Under the pieces are notes generated by a model that searched no databases, was not told the origin of the DNA, and saw only the letters and a list, made by a program, of their open reading frames with translations. The position numbers and the translations under genes were made by a program. A DNA stretch of 63,648 bases, the filler included, from Octopus bimaculoides (taxonomy: Eukaryota), in NCBI RefSeq assembly GCF_001194135.2. It is 6 parts of 6 records of this genome, joined end to end, with 100 filler letters (N's around TTAATTAATTAA, not from the genome) between each part and the next. Parts side by side here need not be neighbours in the genome. Positions count along the whole stretch, not along the records: positions 36,537 to 42,424 come from NC_069004.1; positions 42,525 to 56,407 come from NC_068993.1; 4 more parts are not named here. One strand, written 5' to 3'. Shown here in pieces: positions 37,935-48,205 of the stretch (positions within the stretch are counted from its first letter, which is position 1; each line of letters starts with the position of its first letter).

Positions 37935-38628
37935 TGAGGGAGAGAAAGGAAGAAGGTGGAAGCAGTGTAAGAGAGGGATAGGATATATAAAGAAAAGAAG
38001 GGAGAAATACAGAAAAAAGAGCGAGAGAGAGAGAGAGAGAGAGGAGAAGGAAAGAGAAAGAGAGAGGAGAGAGAAAGAGAGTGCTAAGACAGAGGGGGAG
38101 AGAGAGAGAATGTGGTGTATATGAATGTGTGTGCATGTGAATGAGTGTGTAAGAGTGTGAGTGTGTGTTTAAAAGTATATGTAAGTCTGTGTGCGCGTAA
38201 GTGTGTGTAAGTCTGTGTGATTGCTGGTTATTGAAGGTTCAGTATGGTAGTTAGCTTAATTAAAACCGGGAATAGAGAGGTTTGGATTCGAACGCGGTTT
38301 TGTTGAAGTGGCTGTGTGGAACGTATGCAATGCTAACAGCGTTTATTAGCCGTGTTCAATGGTGACCATTCCTCCTCAAAGACGGCGCAACTCCTTCACA
38401 ACAATCCCTGATGAGTTGCAATAAATAATTGAATGGAGACAATCCGCAGAAAAATAAATCAAAACAGACAATCATTCGACAAGGATTCTTTCAGCGTGTG
38501 TGCATGTGTGTGTGTGTGTGTGCGTGTGTGTGTGTTTATGTGTGAATGCTTATATGTGTTTATAAGCGTGTTTATGAGTGTGTGTATGTACGTATGTATG
38601 AATGAATGCCTTTATATATGCGCGTGTG

Positions 38629-38678
<50 letters not shown>

Positions 38679-38935
38679 NNNNNNNNNNNNNNNNNNNNNN
38701 NNNNNNNNNNNNNNNNNNNNNNNNNNNNNNNNNNNNNNNNNNNNNNNNNNNNNNNNNNNNNNNNNNNNNNNNNNNNNNNNNNNNNNNNNNNNNNNNNNNN
38801 NNNNNNNNNNNNNNNNNNNNNNNNNNNNNNNNNNNNNNNNNNNNNNNNNNNNNNNNNNNNNNNNNNNNNNNNNNNNNNNNNNNNNNNNNNNNNNNNNNNN
38901 NNNNNNNNNNNNNNNNNNNNNNNNNNNNNNNNNNN

Positions 38936-38969
<34 letters not shown>

Positions 38970-39464
38970 TATATATACACACATTCAAACACACATGCAT
39001 ATTGCATACACACGTACACATACTTATATATGTATACACACGTACCTACGTACCAACCTACGTACCTACATGTACACGTGTGTGTGTGTGTGTATGTGTA
39101 TTGTTTCACTGAGTAGCGTTACATTGTAGAACTCAATACATAGAATATTCTTATACATGTATATATATACATATATATAAAGGTTATGAGGGGTAATGGA
39201 GTCAACCAGACCCTAATGATACAGGTAATACCGAGTAAGTGGTGTATACCGACTAGTTTTGTCCCAGATGTGGTTGTAACATGAATGGGGAATATAACAT
39301 GGGTCGTGTATTAGCGTGTGTATATATAAAAAGAATGAGATAAAGAGACCAATGGCATAAATAAATTTATATTTTATGTAGAATGTCTTACAGCTGTACC
39401 TCAGCACGGCCGCAATCTAATGACTGCAACAAATAAAAACTCAAAGATAAAATATATATATATA

Positions 39465-39857
39465 GGCGTAGGAGTGGCTGTGTGGTAAGTAGCTTGCTTA
39501 CCAACCACATGGTTCCGGGTTCAGTCCCACTGCGTGGCACCTTGGGCAAGTGTCTTCTACTATAGCCTCGGGCCAACCAAAGCCTTGTGAGTGGATTTGG
39601 TAGACGGAAACTGAAAGAAGCCTGTCGTATATATGTATATATATATATATATATGTGTTTGTGTCTGTGTTTGTCCCCCCACCACCAATGGTGGTGTGTT
39701 TACGTCCCCGTAATTTAGCGGTTCGGCAAAAGAAACCGATAGAATAAGTACTAGGCTTCTAAAAGAATAAGTCCTGGGGTCGATTTGCTCGACTAAAGGC
39801 GGTGCTCCAGCATGACCACAGTCAAAAGACTGAAACAAGTAAAAGAGTAAAAGAGTA
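39465..39857 (+). mobile_element. Complete SINE-B
   Basis: tRNA-like head (A box TGGCTGTGTGG, B box GGTTCAGTCCC), internal (TA)n, tail (GTAAAAGA)2; head abuts a TA run. Confidence 0.9.
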
Positions 39858-40744
39858 TATAAAATCGTGCGAGCGACACGTAAAAAAAAAAAAAAACCCA
39901 GTTGATTTAAGTTCAGCTCCTGATTTCATTTCTTGCTGTTGTGGGAACACTCCAAATCTATTTATATTTAATTGATCATTGCATTCTGCTTTTAAATCGG
40001 ATACAAGGAAGGTTAGTCTAAGAATTGTCCTGTCATGAAATCGCGTTGTTGTTTAAGCAGTATATAAAAAAATGATACCAAACTTTGATACCAAATTTTT
40101 TTTCTCACCACAAACGAGGTTGAACATCAAAGACACCGGTATGTATACATTGCCCTATGCATATAATATACCACGAGTTCAATTCTTTTGTTCAAATCGT
40201 TATGCTTGGAAACAAAATTCACAATTCCTTTATGATTGTGCAATATCTAAAATCGTCCAGCTAATTTTGAATTCGCGAAGACTTGCTTCGCGTCAGAACG
40301 ATATAAATTTCGACAAATTCGTTGCGCCATTTTTCAGCAGATCTGATTAAATGAATGCGTGTGTTTAAAGAAATCGATTTTATGTGACAATTCAGTTGTT
40401 TCAATATATATTTTAGGCTCATCTATGTTGTTTGCTTCTATTACTTTAGCTCTGTATGTTATCAACTTTGCTTAGCAGTTACCATTTAGCGGGCATTGAA
40501 ACGAATTTTAAAGTTGCATGATTGATATAGACCGCTTTTTTCAGCCTCCGTTACACCGAACTCTGATACACCAACCGAAATTCTTACTAACTGAATAACT
40601 AATAACCGTAACATACTTCGTGTGTCTTGGGAGGGTAAGTACACCAATAATAATACATGCACTAGTTTAATATCACTTCTTTATTGTAAATCAATTGGTT
40701 AAATATCCAATAAACTAACGCTGTGTGACAAATTGTTTCTTTTT

Positions 40745-41085
40745 TGTCTTTGATCAGTGTTATTTCTTGTTTGGTTCTATCTAGAAATCAAAGGAAATGA
40801 CTGCTATTTCCTTCAAGCTTTGCTTTTGTGAGCTGGACATCAACATTTCGAAACTGACCTATTTTCCTTTACATTTCAGACAGATTCAGCGTTGAGTCGC
40901 TGAAGCAGAAATATCGTTTTAGCAAATATTCTGCTCAATACCACAGATTTGATTGTCAGTTGCTTGACCTTAACTACTTGAGCTTGTTCCTTAGTGGCTA
41001 ACAATATGTGCATCTCTGATCATGAGCAGAAGCGGTGGGGTGCATCATAGCCATGGGTTGAGAGGGATTCTTTGGGGCTTGAATA
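40745..41085. repeat. Unclassified interspersed repeat (recalled as octopus-type)
   Basis: Recognition of CCTTAGTGGCT.AC.ATATGTGCATCTCTGATCA.GAGCAGAAG from memory only; single copy in this window. Confidence 0.35.
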
Positions 41086-41615
41086 TAAATGTAACAAAAA
41101 CAAAGTTTGAAAGAAATGTTTAGCCATTTTTCCTACTTTCCAGATAGGAAATAACATTTGCTATCCAAGGACAAAAATCGTTTGTTTAATGTTCTGGTTA
41201 AACAATCAAACGGTTGTTTATTTGTCAAAATCATTCCGAAACTATTCGCGACCTCATCAGTAACATGCCCTCTCACTTCAAGGACTGACAAACAAATAAC
41301 TGATTGATTGTTTAACCAGTGCCTGAAACAAATAATCGATTAGTTAGTTGGGTAGGTATTTAACCAACTGACTAACAATAAAGAAGCGACATTGAACCAG
41401 CGCGTGTATTGTTATTTGCGTAATGACCCTCCCAAGACATAATCTTAATACAATTCTTATTTTATATCTTACTATACTTATGTCACAGCTATGCTAGTCC
41501 TCAGTCAGGTTAAATATTGGGTTGTACCATAAAAATATTTTCTTATTTTTATTCTTACGCTGTACATTCTCATTGTTTTAATGTCTGAAACCTTAAAACG
41601 GTGGTGTTGAAGGTG

Positions 41616-41645
41616 CTAGGGTTAGGGTTAGGGTTAGGGTTAGGG
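41616..41645 (+). repeat. Short interstitial telomere-type repeat CTAGGG(TTAGGG)4
   Basis: Direct reading. Confidence 0.85.
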
Positions 41646-41796
41646 TGTGAGGTTGATGGGGATTGCAGCATTGGTAGATGGCGGTGTGATATGGTACAAG
41701 TCTCCTAAAACACCTCCACCACCACCACCACCACCACCATCAGCAACACCAACATCACCACCACAACCAAACTACAACACAACTACCACAACAACA

Positions 41797-41798
41797 CT

Positions 41799-41870
<72 letters not shown>
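41797..41870. repeat. (ACT)n microsatellite within an ACC/ACT field
   Basis: Direct reading; source of the poly-Thr ORF. Confidence 0.9.
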
Positions 41871-42076
41871 CATCGCCACCATCATCCTTCCACCATCACA
41901 ATTACCATATTAATGTTATCGCTGTTGTTTAACCCCAGGTCAGCCTAGTTGAAAAGACTTGTGATCAAAGCTACTCCAGTTGTGACCATCCAGTCGTTTT
42001 TAGGATACCCAGAAAACATCATCCTACGTGTCCTTCCGTATACTTTTTGTTTCTAGATGGTATAGAGAAAAATATA

Positions 42077-42187
42077 AAGTGAATTAGCTGTTATTTCTAG
42101 AAGATCGATGATCTACATAGAGGTTACCTTGATGAGGTAACCTCTATGCGGTCCATCGATCTTCTAGAAATAGCAGCTAATTCACTT
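42077..42187. repeat. Long inverted repeat, 53-bp arms with 5-nt loop
   Basis: 42077-42129 versus 42135-42187, loop TGATG; one G-U-compatible difference and a 5-nt imperfect patch. Confidence 0.9.
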
Positions 42188-42468
42188 CAATGGAGTGAGT
42201 TGGGGGAGCTGTGATGGTGGTTGTCGTGGTGCTGGTGGTGATGGTGGTTCTAGTGGTGGTGATGGTGTTGGTGGTAGCGGTGGTGGTGGTGGTGATGTGT
42301 GGTGGTGGTGGTGATGGTAGTGGTGTAGTGTTGATAAATGGGTGGTAGTGGTGTTGGTGGTAGTGGTGTTGGTGGTAGTGGTGTTGGTGGTAGTGGTGTT
42401 GGTGGTAGTGGTGTTGGTGGTAGTNNNNNNNNNNNNNNNNNNNNNNNNNNNNNNNNNNNNNNNNNNNN

Positions 42469-42480
42469 TTAATTAATTAA
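42469..42480. other. Artificial scaffold linker TTAATTAATTAA
   Basis: 44 N on each side. Confidence 0.95.
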
Positions 42481-42524
42481 NNNNNNNNNNNNNNNNNNNN
42501 NNNNNNNNNNNNNNNNNNNNNNNN

Positions 42525-42566
<42 letters not shown>

Positions 42567-42951
42567 TAGTTATATAATTCATTTATCGTACCTAGGGGTG
42601 TATGATAAATATCAGCTACATCAATATACATACGGTATATGGTTCGGTGTCAATTGTAATGCATTTGTCTATTGGTATATGGACATACACACAAATGCGT
42701 ACATTTGCCTATGCCTGTGTTCGCACACGCTCGTGCGTCTGTATGTGCATGAGTTCCCACATGCCATCACTTCCAGCCGTACAATTGTTAAATATGTATC
42801 GGTCCTTACCTAAGTGTAGACTATCGTCCCATGCATCACTTCGTATATGTTTATGTGTCTTTGACAATGTTTCAATGTGTTTCTATGAACGAATGTGCCT
42901 TTGTGTCAGTATCGCATGTCTTCCTCACCCCTCTCTTCTTCTCTTTCTAAT

Positions 42952-42983
<32 letters not shown>

Positions 42984-43002
42984 CCTCACTATTTCTTCCC
43001 CC

Positions 43003-43040
<38 letters not shown>

Positions 43041-43064
43041 TTGCATTTCAGTATGTATAAATTC

Positions 43065-43101
<37 letters not shown>

Positions 43102-43284
43102 TGTGAGTGAGTGGATGAGTGCCTTTCTGTACGTATATGGCTGAGTGTATTTTTTCTTGCGATGTCTTTGTTTACGTTCGAGCCACATGAGGAAATTTCT
43201 TTTGATTCATCCATTCAAATGATTTTAAGCAAACACAAATATCCACTCTCTTGGACAGAAATATATCGAGTAAAAAAACGAATA

Positions 43285-43680
43285 AAGATGCTGGTAGAAT
43301 CGTTAGCACGCCGGGCAAAATGCTTAGCGGCATTTCGCCCTTCACATTGTGAGTTCAAATTACCCCAAGGTCGATGTTACCTTTATCCTTTTGGGGTCGA
43401 TAAAATAAGTTCCAGTTGAGTACTGGAGTCGATGTAATCGACTTACTCCTACCCCCGAAACTGCTGGCCTAGTGCCAAAAAGTGAAGCTATTTTTTTTAT
43501 TATTAAGTTGACGAGCTGGCAGAATCGTTAGCACGCCGGACAAAAATTCTTAGCGGCATTTCGTTTGTCTGTACGTTCTGAGATGAAATTCCACTGAGGT
43601 TGATTTTTTCCCCCACCCTTGCGGGAAAGATGAATTTTTTACCAGTTGAGTACTGGCGTCAATGTAAACGACTATCCTTT
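43285..43680 (+). mobile_element. Two tandem SINE-A units, diverged
   Basis: GCAGAATCGTTAGCACGCCGG heads at ~43290 and ~43515, each followed by the core. Confidence 0.75.
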
Positions 43681-43699
43681 CTCTGTATAAAGTTAGCTT

Positions 43700-44290
43700 T
43701 TAGATACTTTATGCTATATTGTGTGTTTCTTTCTTTTGAGGTCAAATTCAGCCTGTGCATCATTTTATTTTCTTGATTGTGTAGGTTGTGAATGTTTGGC
43801 AAAAACTGCAACTATTTGGATTGTTATTTACTACTTGTGCAAGTTTTGTTGCATCTGAGGTTCTTAAGTTTTATCGGAAAAATGGAAACGGTTGATTCAA
43901 TAGGGCTGGGGTTAGCCAGTTCTTGTAGAGTCAAATTCTTATGTGATTTAAGAGTAGTTTTGCAGAAGTATCAGAGTGTGATCCCATAAAGGGATAGATT
44001 ACAGGTTAGGAAATAGACTAATGGGTAGCCGGTGTTTTGAATTGTTTTTATAAGTGGTATTGAGTCTATTTATATGGGTGGAATAGTGAAAGATTGAGCT
44101 GAGAGAATCGCGCGTGTTTTTTCTTTCTTATTTTTTCACAATATGGAATTTTTGTGTTAATTTTGTGAACAGTGTAGTTTTTGAGTGCGATGGTCAAATC
44201 TTATTGAGATTTGGAGGGGAAGATATGGAGTTTAGTGATGTCAAGGATTGAACTTTATTTGCTCGACTCTTTTCATTCTGAGATTTTAAT
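43700..44290 (-). mobile_element. Possible Penelope-like ORF remnant (RT thumb/linker region)
   Basis: Minus strand IPLIKTIQNTGYPL resembles the PLE L..NGYP motif; heavily decayed. Confidence 0.3.
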
Positions 44291-45268
44291 TGGTATAGCT
44301 CATCTATCAACCGGTTTAACATCACGACTTGACCATTAGGTGTCTTTAGCGGAGTTTACTCTGCTACGAACATCCAAACCAAATTTCCCGTTTGCGACTA
44401 ACTTCCTTCATTTCTTTCGCCATGTTTAGAGGCCCTGAGAAAATACATAGTCATGAACATTACCCTTCAATCCTTGACTAAAAGTTAGAATTAAGTTAAG
44501 CCGTTTTGTGTCCTGATTTAAAACTTTGCCGTTATATATACTAACTTTTCCTTCCATCCTTCCAAGATTTTGACCAAATATGTATCAATAACATACTAGA
44601 TCCATTCCTAAATGCATATCCCTGTGGAAACCTTTGGGAATTATAATTATAGGGCGTGAGAAAAGGCAGTGGGTAGCAGAAACTGTGAATCACCGGATCA
44701 AAATCTTTTGTTCTACTCAGTGATCATAGGTTCACTTTAAATTTGGCTGCCGGATGCGATCCCCCAAATCATCGATCAATTAAAATAAGTAACCAGTAGT
44801 ATAGTGCATTGATTGAATCAACTGCAACCCACCCTTCAAATTGTTTGGCCATGTGGCCTGATGCCAGTATTCAAAATAGTTTTTATTGTCCATTATTTGA
44901 AAATGGTTCGGCAATAAAAGCACTGAAATGACACGAAACTGCAAGCTCGTTTAACAATCGATATTGACGTAATACAAAGAAGTGTCACGAAACTGGAATG
45001 TTGCACAAACGTAATAAAACTTAGAGTGGTTTAGAAATTGTTTACCAATTTTTACTAATTCCATTTATCACATTAAATAAACGCGAATGTTTCCGTTATA
45101 GATCACTTGGTTCCTTTATTAATCTCGATCAACAGAGAGAAATCAAATTTACAATATTTGTTTATAAAAGATTTTCCAACAGTATCCAGAGAGTTTCTCT
45201 ATTTCATTGAAGAAAAGGCTCAGCTAAACATAAAGAAAAAAATTCTTTATTAAACCATTTCCACCAGG

Positions 45269-45376
45269 TTCTTCTTCTTCTTCTTCTTCTTCTTCTTCTT
45301 CTTCTTCTTCTTCTTCTTCTTCTTCTTCTTCTTCTTCTTCTTCTTCTTCTTCTTCTTCTTCTTCTTCTTCTTCTTC
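45269..45376. repeat. (TTC)n microsatellite
   Basis: Direct reading; source of the poly-Lys ORF. Confidence 0.95.
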
Positions 45377-45458
45377 NNNNNNNNNNNNNNNNNNNNNNNN
45401 NNNNNNNNNNNNNNNNNNNNNNNNNNNNNNNNNNNNNNNNNNNNNNNNNNNNNNNNNN

Positions 45459-45657
45459 CCTTTAGGGGGGTCAATAAAATAAAATACCAGTCAAATACTG
45501 CAGCCGATGTTATCGACTTGCCCCCCCTTCCCCACCGCTCCTGCCAAACTTACTGGCTTTGTACCAACATCTGAAGTAATAAACCTTTCTATTATAGGCA
45601 CAAGGCCTGAAATTTGCGGGGGTAGGGGTAAGTCGATTACATCAACCCTAGTGCGCA
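45459..45657. mobile_element. Two tail-to-tail SINE-A 3' fragments
   Basis: Plus fragment ~45459-45580; minus fragment ~45585-45657 stops at the ATT array. Confidence 0.6.
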
Positions 45658-45658
45658 A

Positions 45659-45733
<75 letters not shown>
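45659..45733. repeat. (ATT)n / (TAA)n microsatellite, about 25 units
   Basis: Direct reading; abuts the 3' end of the R4/Dong element. Confidence 0.95.
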
Positions 45734-45735
<2 letters not shown>

Positions 45736-47912
45736 GTTTGACTTTTGCTTTGTATTTTGTACAAGTCAACTTCAAGTCTCACCCTGAGACCTCAAGAGAC
45801 AACAAGTTAGAACTTCAAGTTGGTGCTATGTCTAGGATGTCATATATTTGGTTTTGCACATAATATTGTTCTAGAGAATGTTTAAGAAAACTGAGTTTGC
45901 TTTAAAATTTGAGATAACATAGACAGTATTTTACGTAGGATATGGGCAGTTCTTATTTGCATTATCTTTTGAATTTCTGCCATTTTGGGTTTCCTGATAT
46001 CTAAGCTAGGTAGCAATCAACCATTTTGCTATCATTCCTAGGGCACCTATGGCAACAGGTATTGTTTTAGTCTTGAGGTTCGACATTTTGTCAGTTTCTA
46101 TTTCAAGATCTTTATATTTGCTCAGTTTTTGGCAGGTCTTGACAGATACATTTATGTCGACTGGAACAGTCATATCAATGAGGAGGCATGATTTTTGTCT
46201 GAAGTCTTTCAATATATTGGCTGGCCTATTCGCATCTATCTTTTTTTCAGTTTGAATAGTTAAGTTCCAGAGGAGTGAGATGTGATCATTTTTCAAGTAC
46301 TAGAGGTGGTTTGTATTCCCACCAGTTTTTATCATGGGACAAGTCCAGCTTTTTGCAAATTACTCAGTGAATATATTGTGCTGCTCTATCATGCCTGTTG
46401 AGATACTCTGTAGACGCAAGAAGACTGCACATGGAGACAACATGATCAATGGTTTCATTTTGTTGTTTACATACACGACATGTTGGGCTACTGTCGTTCT
46501 TTAATATGTTGGCCTGGTAGTTCCTTGTAGGTAATATGTTGTCCTAGTAGTTCCTTGTATGTAGGCATTGATGTCGGGCTGCTATGATAAACCATTCTGT
46601 TTCTGATGTTAAGTCAGAAGACACTAACCATTGATGGGTAAGGGCTTTGTCAACATCGGCACTATTAGTTCTCTTTGGGTTTGCTCTCTTTGGGCTTGCC
46701 ATTGAGAGGTTTTTCTTGCCATTTATCAATAAGAATATCTAAGGCAGCAGTTTTAGCACAGGTTTTCATGCGCTTAGCTTTTTCTGTGCTTGTTTCTAGT
46801 ACGTCTGATGCTGGAATTTTTTGTATTTGGAATTCACATAGATATTCGTTTGGCTGTTTTGTTACTGAGTATAATACTTCCTTGTTTGCATGCTTTAACA
46901 TCCAGTCATCAGAGTTTTTCTGGTAGGTGTCTAGGCCAATTGTGGCAATCTTCATTGTTAATTACAGTTGTAAAAGTCCACGGCCACCCTCTTTTCTTGG
47001 CAGATAAAGTCGTTCTATATTTGCCTTAGGGTGGTACATTCTATCCATTGTCAACAATTTTCGTATTTTTCTGTCAATATTGCATATTTCAGTAATTGAC
47101 CAGTTAATGATATTGAAACTGTAAGTCACGACCGGTATGGCTAAAGTATTGATCGCTTCGATCCTGTTTCTTGCATTCAGTTCTGACTTGAGTATTGTTC
47201 TTACCCTGCGATAATATTCTCTCCTGATCCTTTCCCTCATCCGTTCCCTTCAAATACCTCTTAATTTTTGTAGCTCTCCGTTGGTTCTCACTCCTTTATG
47301 ACATTCTGCAGGTCAAGATTAACGTTGGATGTTTCTGTCATTTCCCCTTTGATAAAGATTGCTTTTGCACATTTATCGAGACCAAATTGCATCCTGATGT
47401 CAACACTGAATTGTTTAAGAATCGCTAGTAAGCCCTGTAGTTGTTGGATATTTTTTGCAAAGAGCTTTAAATTGTCCATGTAAATGAGCTGATTATATTT
47501 TTATCAAACCTTTTATAGCCCTATTGTACATCATCGAGCAATTTCAAGAGAGGTTTTAAGGCTATATAAAAGAGGAATGGTGATAGAGAAAACGCCACAT
47601 GAAATTCTTACATCTCCAGCATTGAGAGATTCATTATCACTGTTCAAAGTCGGTGTGGTTCTCCACGATCTCATACTTACAGACAAGAAGTTTCGCAGAA
47701 TAGGTGCTATTTTATACATTTCCAGACATTTCTTAATCCAGTTGTGTGATAGACTATCAAAAGCTTTTTTTGTAGTCTATCGAGGCTGGCTATCGACAAG
47801 TTTTGTGTCGTTTGTGACAATCTTCCAAGATCATCTTATTGATGAGTAGCTGATCTTTACAACCATAGGACTCACATTTATATCCTTTTTGCTCATTATG
47901 GAACATGCCACT
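45734..47912 (-). mobile_element. R4/Dong-clade non-LTR retrotransposon (RT + CCHC + REL endonuclease), 5'-truncated and decayed
   Basis: Minus strand: EQKGYKCESYGCKDQLLINK, KAFDSLSHNWI, LIYMDNLKLFAK, FGLDKCAK, ERLYLPRKEGGRGL, CRVCKQQNETIDHVVSMC, RHDR, LLWNLTIQTEKKIDANRP..LLIDMTVP..KYKDL..IPVAIGALG, EIQKI..TAHILRKILS; 3' UTR runs into (TAA)n. Confidence 0.92.
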
Positions 47913-47930
47913 TTCTATTAAAAAACTCTA

Positions 47931-48200
47931 GGATGCGGAAGGTTCGTGTCGGCTTATGTGAACGACGTCACCGTAATAGAGTCAGACAGCTCGGAAATCG
48001 AGATGATCGGCTCTGCCTTAAGAGAGTACAAAGCGGTGACAGGAATAAAAATTAATCAGGACAGATCGGTAGGCCTGCAGATCGGTAGGCCTGCAGATCG
48101 GTAGGCCTGCAGATCGGTAGGCCTGCAGTTCGGTAGGCCTGCAGATCGGCATCTGGAGAGGCAGGTCCATGCCAACCTCCGCCTCATGCGATACATCACA
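47931..48200 (+). mobile_element. Tx1/L1-clade RT fragment (domains 5-7)
   Basis: SAYVNDVTVIESDSSEIEMIGSALREYKAVTGIKINQDRSVGLQ (cf. SAYADDVT..KIN..KS.GL). Confidence 0.8.
48062..48150 (+). repeat. 16-bp tandem repeat CAGATCGGTAGGCCTG x5.5
   Basis: Units start at 48062, 48078, 48094, 48110, 48126 (one A>T) and 48142 (partial). Confidence 0.95.
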
Positions 48201-48205
48201 GACGG

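Noticed and set aside
38408-38490. CTGATGAG with AATCC/GGATT flanks
   Set aside because: No properly placed GAAA or cleavage triplet.
39465-39545. tRNA gene call for SINE heads
   Set aside because: A/B boxes are present, but no cloverleaf can be folded and the heads continue into SINE bodies.
41230-41265. Minus-strand CTGATGAGGTCGCGAAT
   Set aside because: Lacks the GAAA/stem III arrangement and a stem I complement.
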